DNA of 64,000 bases from Candidatus Omnitrophota bacterium (GTDB lineage: Bacteria; Omnitrophota; Gorgyraeia; Gygaellales; Profunditerraquicolaceae). Below, piece by piece: positions 28,901-38,845 of the stretch. The translations under genes and the position numbers were made by a program. Position 1 is the first letter of the stretch, and every line of letters begins with the position of its first letter. The notes below the pieces were generated by a model. That model ran no database searches, was not told the DNA's origin, and saw only the letters and a program-made list of their open reading frames with translations. The DNA is taken from contig JALOQK010000002.1 of the NCBI GenBank assembly GCA_025453395.1, positions 21,625-85,624 on the forward strand, in the 5' to 3' direction.

Positions 28901-30082
28901 ATGAAGAAAGTTGTATTAGCTTATTCGGGCGGTTTAGACACTTCTTGTATCGTGCGTTGGCTAAAGGATAAGGGTTATGAAGTTATTTGTTTTACCGCGG
29001 ATTTGGGCCAGGGTTTAGGCAGCGGCGAGGATTTATCGGCAATTGAAAAAAGAGCATACGCTGCCGGGGCAAGCAAGTTCTTTATTAAAGACCTGCAGGA
29101 TGAATTTGTCCGGGATTTTGTTGCTCCAGCCTTAAAGGCCAATGCCATATATGAAGGCAAATACCTTTTGGCTACCGCATTAGGCAGGCCTTTAATTGCC
29201 AAGCATCTGGTAGAGTTGGCGCATAAAGAAAAGGCTCAGGCAATCGCCCATGGCTGTACCGGCAAAGGCAACGATCAGGTCAGGCTTGAAGTTGCCGCTT
29301 CTATACTGGATCCCAAGCTTGAGATTATCGCCCCGGTGCGTGATTGGGAATTTAAATCCCGCGAAGAAGAAATAGACTACGCGCTTAAAAATAGCATTCC
29401 GATAGATGTTACCAAAAAAAAGCCTTACAGCATTGACCGCAATATTTGGGGGATCAGCATTGAGTCCGGGATATTAGAAAATTTGCAGCAGGAGCCACCG
29501 GAGGATGCGTATCTTATCACTAAGACTCAAAGCGGCGGTTCCAGCTATCCTAAATACATAGAAATTTATTTTGAAGATGGAGTGCCTAAGAAAATAGAAG
29601 GCAAAAGTTATAAATTAAAAGATCTGATCAGCCAGCTTAATGAAACCGGCGGCGCCTATGGCGTGGGCAGGTCGGATGTGATTGAAAACCGCCTTGTGGG
29701 CATTAAGTCCCGGGAAATTTATGAAGCCCCTGCTGCGACAATGCTTCATATCGCGCATCGCGAGCTGGAGTCGCTTGTTCTGGATAGAGAGTTGGCGCAT
29801 TTTAAAGAAATAATCGCTTTAAAATATTCAGAGCTTGTCTATTACGGCTTATGGTATTCTCCTTTAAAAGAGGCGCTCGATGGCTTTATTGAATCTACCC
29901 AAAAATTGGTAACCGGTTCAATAAAGTTGAAGCTTTTTAAGGGCAGCTGTGTTGCGGTAGGCAGGTCTTCTAAAAATTCTTTGTATAGAAAAGAATTAGC
30001 TACATACGGGAAAGAAGATAAGTTTGATCAAAAGTTAGCAGAAGGTTTTATTAAGATTTGGGGAATGCCGTATAAGAGATGA
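28901..30082 (+). CDS. argG: Argininosuccinate synthase
   Basis: AYSGGLDTS, HGCTGKGNDQVR, KSREIYEAP. Confidence 0.97.
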   Translation: MKKVVLAYSGGLDTSCIVRWLKDKGYEVICFTADLGQGLGSGEDLSAIEKRAYAAGASKFFIKDLQDEFVRDFVAPALKANAIYEGKYLLATALGRPLIAKHLVELAHKEKAQAIAHGCTGKGNDQVRLEVAASILDPKLEIIAPVRDWEFKSREEEIDYALKNSIPIDVTKKKPYSIDRNIWGISIESGILENLQQEPPEDAYLITKTQSGGSSYPKYIEIYFEDGVPKKIEGKSYKLKDLISQLNETGGAYGVGRSDVIENRLVGIKSREIYEAPAATMLHIAHRELESLVLDRELAHFKEIIALKYSELVYYGLWYSPLKEALDGFIESTQKLVTGSIKLKLFKGSCVAVGRSSKNSLYRKELATYGKEDKFDQKLAEGFIKIWGMPYKR

Positions 30083-30092
30083 AAAAAATGGG

Positions 30093-30202
30093 TGAGGTTG
30101 TATAAGGTTACATGAGGTTAAATGATGTTACATGAGGTTGCAAAAAGCTTTAAAGCAACTTCATGTAACCTTCGGTAACTTCATGCAACTTTAATTAACC
30201 TT
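30093..30202. repeat. Palindromic decamer element
   Basis: (TGAGGTTACA)-like x5, GTTGC-AAAAAGCTTTAAA-GCAAC centre, reverse-complement arm. Confidence 0.88.
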
Positions 30203-30224
30203 ATAATTACGGAGGTTTTTATAC

Positions 30225-31577
30225 ATGGCTAAGAAATTATGGGGGGGAAGGTTTAAGAAGCAGATAGACGCTGATTTCTATAATTTCCAGAAGTCTATTC
30301 AGTATGACTATAAGCTTGCTGAATATGATATCTACCACTCCATGATCCATATCAATGCCCTGGCGCATACGGGAGTGTTAAACCCTTCTGAAGCCAAGAG
30401 ACTGCGGGCGGGATTAAGCGCGGTTCTTTCGGAGGTTAAAAGCGGCAATTTTAAATATGACCCTGCCTGCGAAGATATCCATACTTATATTCAGAATAAA
30501 CTTGAAAGCAAGGTAGGGGAAGTCGCGCTTAAAATGCACAGTTTTCGTTCCAGAAATGATCAGGTGGTTTTTGATGAAAAATATTATTGCCTTTCGCAGG
30601 GATCAAGGATATTTAAACTCTTAACAGAGTTAAAAAAGTCGTTTTTATGGCTTGCTAACGCTTATAAGTATGATTATTTTGTTGGTTATACCCATACCCA
30701 GCGGGCGCAGATCGTGAAATTTTCTGATTATCTGCTCAGCTTCCTGGAAATGTTTAATCAGGACGCAGAGAGGCTTCAGATATATCTGGATAATCTGAAG
30801 GTTTATATCGGATCAGGCGCTTTAGCCGGAAGCTTCATCAAGAAAGATGATTATCAGAAGGCGATCAAGGAGTGCGCGGATAAGATCTCACAGGACCTGC
30901 CGCTTAGGATATCATCGGCGCACAACTCTTTGAATAACGTCAGCAACCGGGATTTTATCATTGAGCTATTAAGTATCTTTGCTATTTTGCAGATGCATCT
31001 GTCGCGTTTAGCCGAGGATTTTATCCTTTATTCCACAAGAGAATTTAATTACCTGAACCTGCCCGAAGAATTTTGCACTGGCTCAAGCTTGATGCCGCAC
31101 AAGAAGAATCCAGATTTCTTAGAATTGGTACGCGGGTATACCGGTAAAGTATATGGGGATCTGTTTTCCTTATTGACTACGATGAAGGGTTTGCCGCTTA
31201 CTTATAACCGGGATATGCAGCTTGATAAAGAGCCGCTTTTTTCTTCAACGCAAGTTGTCTTGGAAGAGCTTTTGATCATGTCTAAGTTCGTCAAAAAGGT
31301 CACCTTAAACAAAGAAGCTGTTACGCGCGCGCTAGAAGATGAGACTCTTTATGCCACTGAAATCGCGGAATATTTAGTTTCTAAGGGCGTCCCCTTTAGG
31401 ACTGCGCATGAAATAGTAGGCAAGATCATCCGTTATTGCGAGGATAACAATATAAAGATACAACATTTAAGCGATGACCCTTTAAAGAATTTCTCGCAGT
31501 ATTTGAGTTCACAAAAGATCAAGAAAATCTTTGATCCGGGTTATGCCACAAGTTTAAAAAGGTCAACAAAGGATTAA
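30225..31577 (+). CDS. argH: Argininosuccinate lyase
   Basis: LWGGRF, RSRNDQ, GSSLMPHKKNPD, YNRDMQ. Confidence 0.96.
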   Translation: MAKKLWGGRFKKQIDADFYNFQKSIQYDYKLAEYDIYHSMIHINALAHTGVLNPSEAKRLRAGLSAVLSEVKSGNFKYDPACEDIHTYIQNKLESKVGEVALKMHSFRSRNDQVVFDEKYYCLSQGSRIFKLLTELKKSFLWLANAYKYDYFVGYTHTQRAQIVKFSDYLLSFLEMFNQDAERLQIYLDNLKVYIGSGALAGSFIKKDDYQKAIKECADKISQDLPLRISSAHNSLNNVSNRDFIIELLSIFAILQMHLSRLAEDFILYSTREFNYLNLPEEFCTGSSLMPHKKNPDFLELVRGYTGKVYGDLFSLLTTMKGLPLTYNRDMQLDKEPLFSSTQVVLEELLIMSKFVKKVTLNKEAVTRALEDETLYATEIAEYLVSKGVPFRTAHEIVGKIIRYCEDNNIKIQHLSDDPLKNFSQYLSSQKIKKIFDPGYATSLKRSTKD

Positions 31578-31578
31578 G

Positions 31579-32856
31579 ATGCATTATTTCCAATATAAAA
31601 ATAACCGCCTTTTTTGCGAAGACGCTGATATCCAGGAGCTGGCTGTTAAACACGGCACTCCGCTGTATCTGTACAGCTATAAGACTTTAGTCGACCACTT
31701 TGTGAAATTAACAGATGCCTTCAGTGAAATTGACGCGCTTATTTGTTATTCGGTGAAAGCAAATTCAAACTTAAGCATTCTAAAGGCGCTTGTCAAGAAA
31801 GGCGCAGGGCTTGATATAGTTTCAGGAGGAGAATTGTTCCGCGCGCTTCGTGCCGGCTGTCCCCCTGAAAGGATCGTCTATGCATCGGTGGGCAAAACCG
31901 CTCAGGAGATAAAACAGGCTTTACAGAAAGGTATTTTATTCTTTAATGTGGAATCTATCCCGGAGCTTGAGAATATTAACCGCATAGCAGGTAATTTAAA
32001 TAAAACTGCCCGGGTAGCTCTGCGTATCAATCCCGACGTTGAAGCCAAGACCCATAAATACATTACTACCGGAAAACTTACCAATAAATTCGGTATTGAC
32101 CTTGAAAGCGCGCGCAGGATATTCGGCAGGTCAGCTGAATTTCCTAATCTGCGCATTTGCGGTATTCACATCCACATCGGCTCTCAAATCACTCAAAGCG
32201 CTCCGTTTGTGGCGGCGATAAGGAAAATAGCAGTGTTTATCGATTCCTTGAAGAAAGACGGCATTTGTCTGCAGTATTTGAACATTGGAGGGGGTTTAGG
32301 CATTGTTTATAATAAAGAAACTCCGCAGACAGCCGCTATATACGCTAGCAAGGTTATGGGTTTGCTTAAGAAGACAGGTTTGAAGATTATTCTGGAGCCG
32401 GGAAGGTTTATCGTCGGTAATAGCGGGATATTATTGGCAAAGGTTTTGTATGTCAAAAAAACATTTAAGAAGAATTTTATTATTGTGGATGCGGCAATGA
32501 ATGACTTGATAAGGCCGGCCCTTTATGAAGCGTATCACGAAATCCTGCCGTTGGTAAGATTTCAAGGTGGAAAGCCAAAAGCCAAAAGTCAAAAGTTTGA
32601 TGTGGTCGGCCCTATTTGCGAGAGCGGGGATTATTTTGCCAAAGGCCGCCTATTGCCACAAATTAAAGAGGGCGATTATTTGGCGATTATGAGCGCCGGC
32701 GCCTATGGTTTTAGCATGTCCAGCAATTATAATTCCCGCTGCCGCGCCCAAGAAGTAATGGTAGTCGGCAAAAAAGATTTTGTGATTAGAAATAGAGAGA
32801 TTCGCGAGGATCTAATACGTAACGAGAAAATCCCGCAGTTCTTAAGGCGAAAATGA
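31579..32856 (+). CDS. lysA: Diaminopimelate decarboxylase
   Basis: YSVKAN, HIGSQ, EPGR, GPICESGD, MSSNYN. Confidence 0.96.
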   Translation: MHYFQYKNNRLFCEDADIQELAVKHGTPLYLYSYKTLVDHFVKLTDAFSEIDALICYSVKANSNLSILKALVKKGAGLDIVSGGELFRALRAGCPPERIVYASVGKTAQEIKQALQKGILFFNVESIPELENINRIAGNLNKTARVALRINPDVEAKTHKYITTGKLTNKFGIDLESARRIFGRSAEFPNLRICGIHIHIGSQITQSAPFVAAIRKIAVFIDSLKKDGICLQYLNIGGGLGIVYNKETPQTAAIYASKVMGLLKKTGLKIILEPGRFIVGNSGILLAKVLYVKKTFKKNFIIVDAAMNDLIRPALYEAYHEILPLVRFQGGKPKAKSQKFDVVGPICESGDYFAKGRLLPQIKEGDYLAIMSAGAYGFSMSSNYNSRCRAQEVMVVGKKDFVIRNREIREDLIRNEKIPQFLRRK

Positions 32857-33689
32857 GAAAAATAAAATTTACAAAAATGGTCGCATCTGGTAATGATTTT
32901 GTCGTTGTTGATAAGCTTAAAGCTTATAGCTTAAAGCTTAAAGCTTTTTCTAAATCTATTTGTGACAGAAAATATGGAGCTGGGGCTGATGGGCTGCTAA
33001 TTTTGTCACAGCTTGTATTATCTCATGGCAAGCGTTCCGCTTCCTGCGGTATGCGTATTTTTAATGCCGATGGCTCTGAAGCCCAGATGTGCGGCAATGG
33101 GGCTAGGTGCGCGGCGTTGTATTTCAGCTGTCAGCTGTCAGCTGTCAGCTGTCAGCAAAAGATAAAAATAGAAACCAAAGCAGGGGATATACATTCTTTA
33201 GTAAACGGTAATAATGTAAAGATTAAATTAACTGATCCCAAAGGTTTAAGATTAAACATTCCAATTAAGCTTAATGGCAGAACGCTTAAGGTTAATTTTA
33301 TTAATACCGGGGTCCCGCATGCGGTTATTTTTGTGGAGGGCCTTGATAAAATTGACGTGGATAATTTAGGCAGAGCTATTCGTTATCATCAGGTTTTCAA
33401 GCCGCAAGGCGCGAATGTAAATTTTGTGGAAGTTTTGAATAATACTTCTATCAGGATAAGGACTTATGAAAGAGGCGTAGAGGGCGAAACTTTAGCCTGC
33501 GGTACCGGCTCTGTTGCTTCGGGTTTGCTTACCGCTTACAACTTACCGCTTACAGCTAATATTATAAATGTCCACACCCGGGGCGGCCAGATATTAAAAG
33601 TTGATTTTCAAAAATCAGGCGATGGTTTCAAGGATGTCTGGTTAGAGGGCAAAGCAAAAATTGTATACCAAGGAGAATACTATGTTTAG
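32853..33689 (+). CDS. dapF: Diaminopimelate epimerase
   Basis: GNDF, NADGS.AQMCGNG, GVPH, ERGVEGETLACGTG. Confidence 0.95.
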   Translation: MRKIKFTKMVASGNDFVVVDKLKAYSLKLKAFSKSICDRKYGAGADGLLILSQLVLSHGKRSASCGMRIFNADGSEAQMCGNGARCAALYFSCQLSAVSCQQKIKIETKAGDIHSLVNGNNVKIKLTDPKGLRLNIPIKLNGRTLKVNFINTGVPHAVIFVEGLDKIDVDNLGRAIRYHQVFKPQGANVNFVEVLNNTSIRIRTYERGVEGETLACGTGSVASGLLTAYNLPLTANIINVHTRGGQILKVDFQKSGDGFKDVWLEGKAKIVYQGEYYV

Positions 33690-34557
33690 AGGATCAATTG
33701 TGGCTATGGTCACGCCATTTAAAGACGAAAAAATTGACGAGAAGAGATTCAGAAGTTTAATTGATTTTCAGATTGAAAACGGCACTTCCGGCATCGTCCC
33801 CTGCGGCACTACAGGTGAATCCGCGACATTGTCGGTTAAAGAGCACCAGCGTTTGATTGAATTGGCCATAGAGCAGGTGAATAAGCGCGTGCCGGTAATT
33901 GCCGGTACAGGTTCCAACTCTACGGATGAGGCGATCACTTTAACGAAGCACGCTTTTCATGCGGGCGCAGATGCTTCTTTGCAGGTAGCTCCGTATTATA
34001 ACCGCCCTACCCAGACCGGGTTATACCAGCATTTTAAGAAAATAGCCCAAGCAGTAGATATCCCGATCATTGTTTATAATATTGCTTCCCGCACAGGGGT
34101 TAATATCGAGCCGGAAACTATCGCGAAGCTGGCCTCTGAATGTAAGAATATTGTAGGAGTGAAAGAGGCATCCGGAAATCTTGAGCAGATGTCTCGTATC
34201 TTAAGTCTTACTCCAGCAGGATTTATTCTTCTTTCAGGAGATGATGCGCTCACACTTCCTGTTTTAAGCATCGCAGGAGCAGGGGTAATTTCTGTGGTGG
34301 CTAATATTGTTCCAAAAGATGTTTCCAGGCTGGTAAATGTCTTTGAAGATGGCGACATCCAAAAGGCGCAAGATATGCATTACAAACTTTTTCCGCTTGT
34401 CAAAGCTATGTTTATTGAAACAAATCCTATACCGGTTAAAACCGCGATGGGCCTGTTAAAGATGTGTTCACCGGAACTTCGTCTTCCGATGTCAGAAATG
34501 CTTCCTGACAATGTAGAGAAACTTAAGAAGGCGTTGAAAAATTACGGGTTATTATAA
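33682..34557 (+). CDS. dapA: 4-hydroxy-tetrahydrodipicolinate synthase
   Basis: GTTGES, PYYN, GVKEASG, ETNPIPVK; start at ATG 33682 after GGAG. Confidence 0.96.
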   Translation: MFRGSIVAMVTPFKDEKIDEKRFRSLIDFQIENGTSGIVPCGTTGESATLSVKEHQRLIELAIEQVNKRVPVIAGTGSNSTDEAITLTKHAFHAGADASLQVAPYYNRPTQTGLYQHFKKIAQAVDIPIIVYNIASRTGVNIEPETIAKLASECKNIVGVKEASGNLEQMSRILSLTPAGFILLSGDDALTLPVLSIAGAGVISVVANIVPKDVSRLVNVFEDGDIQKAQDMHYKLFPLVKAMFIETNPIPVKTAMGLLKMCSPELRLPMSEMLPDNVEKLKKALKNYGLL

Positions 34558-34560
34558 AGG

Positions 34561-34658
34561 AAGTTAAATAAGGTTACATGAAGTTACCGTAGGTTAAATT
34601 AGGTTGCTTAAAAGCTTTTTGCAACTTCATTTAACATCATTTAACCTCAATTAACCTT
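34561..34658. repeat. Palindromic decamer element
   Basis: AAGTTAAATA AGGTTACATG AAGTTACCGT AGGTTAAATT AGGTTGC...GCAAC TTCATTTAAC ATCATTTAAC CTCAATTAAC. Confidence 0.88.
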
Positions 34659-34674
34659 AAATGGAGGAGTTTTT

Positions 34675-35385
34675 ATGATAAAGCTTGGTATATCAGGCGC
34701 CTGCGGAAAAATGGGCAGGCGTATCTATGAGTTAGCTGCGCACGATAAAGATATAGAGGTGACGCTTTTATTGGAGAAAAAAGGCACTCCTCTGATCGGA
34801 AGGGAAGTAGGGAAACTGAAGGTTTCTTCTAATTCGGACGGGATATTCTTGATTGATGTCTTGGTTGATTTTACTTTGCCTGAATCTATAGAGGCAACCC
34901 TTGATTATGTGGCGCGTTATAAAAAGGCGCTTGTTTTAGGCACTACCGGATTAAGCCAAGAGCAGATTAAGAAAGTGGAAGAAGTTTCTGCTGTAGTGCC
35001 GGTTGTTTTTACTCCTAATATGTCTATCGGAGTAAATGTTTTGTTTTCTATTCTCCCAGAAATTGCCAAACGCTTGGGCAAAGATTATGATATTGAAGTT
35101 GTGGAGGCGCATCATAAGTTTAAGAAAGACGCCCCCTCGGGGACGGCCAAGAAAATAGTCTCGATCTTAGAAGAGTCAACCGGGAAGAAAATCCCCGCGC
35201 ATGCTGTACGTTTGGGAGACATCGTTGGAGACCATACCATTATTTTCTGCGGAAATTCCGAACGCATTGAAATCAAACATCAGGCGCATACACGGGATTT
35301 ATTTGCCGTAGGTGCGGTAAAAGCCGCCAAGTGGGTTGCCGGAAAGCCTGCCGGGCTATATACAATGCAGGACGTATTAAAGTAA
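34675..35385 (+). CDS. dapB: 4-hydroxy-tetrahydrodipicolinate reductase
   Basis: GACGKMG, DFT, GTTG, EAHHKFKKDAPSGTA. Confidence 0.96.
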   Translation: MIKLGISGACGKMGRRIYELAAHDKDIEVTLLLEKKGTPLIGREVGKLKVSSNSDGIFLIDVLVDFTLPESIEATLDYVARYKKALVLGTTGLSQEQIKKVEEVSAVVPVVFTPNMSIGVNVLFSILPEIAKRLGKDYDIEVVEAHHKFKKDAPSGTAKKIVSILEESTGKKIPAHAVRLGDIVGDHTIIFCGNSERIEIKHQAHTRDLFAVGAVKAAKWVAGKPAGLYTMQDVLK

Positions 35386-35404
35386 GGGGCAAAAAAGGAG
35401 ATAA

Positions 35405-36565
35405 ATGTTTAAGCTTTCTAAGAAAATTACCAGTTTGCCGCCGTATTTGTTCGTGGAAATTGATAAGGCCAAAAGAAAGGCGCGCGCTGAAGGAAGAGAT
35501 ATTATTGATTTAGGAATTGGCGACCCGGACCAGCCGACCCCCGCGCATGTAATTGAGAGGTTATATCAGGCGGCAAAAGACCCGGCCAATCACCGTTATG
35601 CCTTGGACCAGGGGATGCCTTCTTTGCGTCAAGCCATGTCCAAATGGTATCATAAAAGGTTTAATGTTGTTTTAGACCCGGATACCGAAATACTCCCCCT
35701 CATCGGCTCTAAAGAAGGGATCGCGCACTTCCCGCTGGCATTTTTAAATCCCGGCGACTATTCTTTGATTCCTGATCCTTGCTATCCTCCGTATAAGGGG
35801 GGTACTATTTTAGCTGGGGGCAAGCCGTATTTAATGCCGCTGTTGGAGACGAATAACTTTTTGCCGGATTTAAATAAAATAAGCCGCGCAGTGCTTAAGA
35901 AATCCCGCATAATCTACGTTAATTATCCTAATAACCCCACAGCTAGTATTGCCGGAAAAGAATTTTATCTTAAACTTATAAAGTTCGCCCACAAACATAA
36001 ACTTATCATTGTTTCTGATCTGGCTTATTCAGAAATGGTCTATGATAATTACCGTCCACCAAGCATTCTGGAATTTGACGGCTCAAGGGATGTGGCTATT
36101 GAATTTCATTCTTTATCTAAGACTTACAATATGACTGGATGGCGGGTGGCTTGGGCATGCGGTAATAAGGAATTGATCGCTGGCCTTGCTAAAGTTAAGT
36201 CAAATATTGATTCTGGGATATTCTCTGCTGTGCAAGTAGCAGCCTTATCCGCACTTGAGGGCTCTGATGAGCATGTACTTAAGATGTGTCAGATGTATCA
36301 AAACCGCCGCGATGCTTTAGTTATGGGGTTAAATACATTAGGTTGGAATGTTAAGCCGCAGAAAGCCACTTTTTATTCTTGGATAAAAATCCCCGGTAAA
36401 AAAAGTTCTATAGATTTTGCCGCCAAGATCTTAAAGGAAGCAGATATTATTGTTACCCCGGGAGTTGGTTTTGGGCAGGCTGGCGAAGGCTACATCCGTA
36501 TTGCTTTAACTGTTCCTGTAGATAGAATAAAAGAAGCAGTTAATCGTTTAGCTAAAGTGATTTAA
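35405..36565 (+). CDS. dapL: LL-diaminopimelate aminotransferase
   Basis: LPPYLF, GSKEG, NYPNNPT, SLSKTYNMTGWR; dap operon context. Confidence 0.85.
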   Translation: MFKLSKKITSLPPYLFVEIDKAKRKARAEGRDIIDLGIGDPDQPTPAHVIERLYQAAKDPANHRYALDQGMPSLRQAMSKWYHKRFNVVLDPDTEILPLIGSKEGIAHFPLAFLNPGDYSLIPDPCYPPYKGGTILAGGKPYLMPLLETNNFLPDLNKISRAVLKKSRIIYVNYPNNPTASIAGKEFYLKLIKFAHKHKLIIVSDLAYSEMVYDNYRPPSILEFDGSRDVAIEFHSLSKTYNMTGWRVAWACGNKELIAGLAKVKSNIDSGIFSAVQVAALSALEGSDEHVLKMCQMYQNRRDALVMGLNTLGWNVKPQKATFYSWIKIPGKKSSIDFAAKILKEADIIVTPGVGFGQAGEGYIRIALTVPVDRIKEAVNRLAKVI

Positions 36566-36578
36566 ATTCTTTAAAATT

Positions 36579-36980
36579 ATGGTTACTTGTTATTTGGGCT
36601 TAGGCGCGAACCTTGGCAACAGACACAGCGCAATTAGAAATGCGGTCACCGAGATTTCCCGCATTCCAAAAACGCGCGTCTTGAAGTTGTCACATCTTAT
36701 CAAGACTAAAGCATTGGGCGGGCCAAAAGACCAGCCGGATTTCTTAAACGCTGCTTTAAAGATCAAGACCGCACTTACACCCTTAGAGTTGTTGGATAAT
36801 CTAAAAACAATAGAAAAGAAATTAGGCAGAAAAAAGACTGTGCGCTGGGGGCCGCGCGCAATTGATCTGGATATTCTTTTTTATTCAAATCGGGTAGTCA
36901 ATAATAAAAGGCTTAAAGTCCCGCATCCCAGGGTGTTTGAGCGGTTGTTTGTTTTAAAACCGCTTATTGAGGTTATTTAA
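36579..36980 (+). CDS. folK: 2-amino-4-hydroxy-6-hydroxymethyldihydropteridine diphosphokinase
   Basis: LGLGANLG, FLNAA, WGPRAIDLDIL, PHPR. Confidence 0.95.
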   Translation: MVTCYLGLGANLGNRHSAIRNAVTEISRIPKTRVLKLSHLIKTKALGGPKDQPDFLNAALKIKTALTPLELLDNLKTIEKKLGRKKTVRWGPRAIDLDILFYSNRVVNNKRLKVPHPRVFERLFVLKPLIEVI

Positions 36981-36983
36981 GTT

Positions 36984-37826
36984 ATGCTTATTGCAAAAAA
37001 TATCCGGCAGGCCAGGAAGTTTCTGAATAAGTACAGGCTTCTTAGGAAATCTGTGGGTTTTGTACCGACCATGGGAGCTTTACATCAGGGGCATTCCAGC
37101 CTTATTAGGCTTGCCCGCAAAGAAAACGATATAGTGGCAGTAAGTATCTTTGTTAATCCTGCGCAATTTGCGCCTCATGAAGACTTAAAGAAATACCCGC
37201 GCGATCTTAACTCTGACGCGCGAGTCTGCGCCAAAGAAAAGGTGGATCTTATTTTTTATCCCCGCCCTGAAGAAATGTATCCTAAAGGTTATAAAACATT
37301 TGTTAAGGTGGAGGGGTTATCAGAAGTCCTTTGCGGGAAATTCCGCCCCGGGCATTTCCGCGGCGTCTCAACGGTAGTCTTGAAACTTTTTAACATTATC
37401 CTTCCGGATAAAGCCTATTTTGGGCAGAAAGACGCTCAACAGGCGGCAATAATTAAAAAGATGGCGGAAGACCTAAATGTCCCGACACAGATAAAAATTG
37501 TCCCGACAGTAAGAAGCGAAGATGGCTTGGCGTTAAGTTCCCGCAACAATTATTTATCTGGCAGGGAAAAAGAAAAAGCCCTTATTTTATGCTCAAGCCT
37601 TTCTTTGGCCAGAGAAATGGTTAAATCTGGCGTGCGCGATGCGAAAACGATCATAGGCCAAATGCGCAAATTGATTGTCCGGGTAAAAGAAGCGAAAATA
37701 GATTATGTGGCCATTGTTGATCCGGCGACTTTGCAGGATGTCCTGTTTGTTAAAAAAGGCGATTTGGTCTGTTTGGCGGTTTGGATCGGGAAGACGCGTT
37801 TGATTGATAACCTATTGGTGGATTAA
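36984..37826 (+). CDS. panC: Pantoate--beta-alanine ligase
   Basis: PTMGALHQGH, RPGHF, GQKDAQQ, LSSRN, RLIDN. Confidence 0.97.
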   Translation: MLIAKNIRQARKFLNKYRLLRKSVGFVPTMGALHQGHSSLIRLARKENDIVAVSIFVNPAQFAPHEDLKKYPRDLNSDARVCAKEKVDLIFYPRPEEMYPKGYKTFVKVEGLSEVLCGKFRPGHFRGVSTVVLKLFNIILPDKAYFGQKDAQQAAIIKKMAEDLNVPTQIKIVPTVRSEDGLALSSRNNYLSGREKEKALILCSSLSLAREMVKSGVRDAKTIIGQMRKLIVRVKEAKIDYVAIVDPATLQDVLFVKKGDLVCLAVWIGKTRLIDNLLVD

Positions 37827-38650
37827 TGCGAAAGAAAATAAGGATCGGGATTGTCGGATGCGGAGCGATCGGCTCTTCTTTGGCAAAAGCTATAACTAAA
37901 GAATTTTCTGCAGATGCTTACGTGTCGGCATTGTTTGACACTCAGCCCGATAAGGCGCAGCTTTTATCTGTGGCGCTTCGCAAAGATATTTCTTTGGCAG
38001 TTTCTTCCCTTAAAGACCTGATCAGCTTCTCTGATTTTATAATAGAATCTTCAAGCGCTCAGGCCTCAGGCGGAATCTGCCGTCAGGCTGTCAATAACGG
38101 CAAGGATATATTGGTGATGAGTGTGGGAGGGCTTCTGAAGAGTTATCCGCGGATATTTAATTTAGCTAAAAAGAAAAAGGTGAAAGTCTATATCCCAAGC
38201 GGAGCTATCGGCGGGGTTGATGCCTTAAAGGCCCTGAATCTGTCAGATGTCAAAAAGGTCACGCTTACTACCACTAAAAACCCTATCGCTTTTAAGAAAG
38301 TGGAATATTTGATTAAGAAGCGCATTGTGCTTTCCGAAATTAAGAGTAAAAAAGTTTTATTTTACGGAAACGCTTTAAGGGCAGTGCGTTGTTTTCCGCA
38401 GAATATCAATGTGGCGGCTGTTTTATCATTAGTTGGAATAGGCGCGAAGCAAACAAAAGTAAAGATCGTTGCTTCTCCAAAGGTTAACAAGAACATACAT
38501 GAAGTGCAAATAATTTCCCGGGCCGGTAATTTTTATAGCCGTTCGGAGAATGTATTGCATCCGGGCAACCCAAAGACCAGCTACTTGGCTTTTTTATCGG
38601 CAAAGGCGCTGTTGCGCGATATTTTTCTGCCGGTTAAAATAGGCACATAA
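37826..38650 (+). CDS. nadX: L-aspartate dehydrogenase
   Basis: GCGAIG, PSGAIGGVD, FPQNINVAA, NPKTS. Confidence 0.88.
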   Translation: MRKKIRIGIVGCGAIGSSLAKAITKEFSADAYVSALFDTQPDKAQLLSVALRKDISLAVSSLKDLISFSDFIIESSSAQASGGICRQAVNNGKDILVMSVGGLLKSYPRIFNLAKKKKVKVYIPSGAIGGVDALKALNLSDVKKVTLTTTKNPIAFKKVEYLIKKRIVLSEIKSKKVLFYGNALRAVRCFPQNINVAAVLSLVGIGAKQTKVKIVASPKVNKNIHEVQIISRAGNFYSRSENVLHPGNPKTSYLAFLSAKALLRDIFLPVKIGT

Positions 38651-38652
38651 TA

Positions 38653-38820
38653 GATGTTAAATGAAGTTACATGAAGTTAAATAAGGTTAAATGAAGTTGC
38701 TCGAAGAATGTTACATGAAGTTGCATGAGGTTACATAAAGTTACATGACGTTGCAAAATAATTTCTTTTATGCAACCTCACGTAACATCATTTAACCTCA
38801 TGCAACCTCAATTAACTTCA
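38653..38820. repeat. Compound palindromic decamer element (two left arms, one right arm)
   Basis: Two runs of GAAGTTACAT-like units each ending GTTGC, then GCAAC and reverse-complement units. Confidence 0.9.
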
Positions 38821-38845
38821 AAAAGAGAGGGGGTGAATACAGAAT

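Noticed and set aside
38653-38820. CRISPR array interpretation of the decamer or heptamer arrays
   Set aside because: Units are 7-10 bp, contiguous and degenerate, with no unique spacers and no cas genes.
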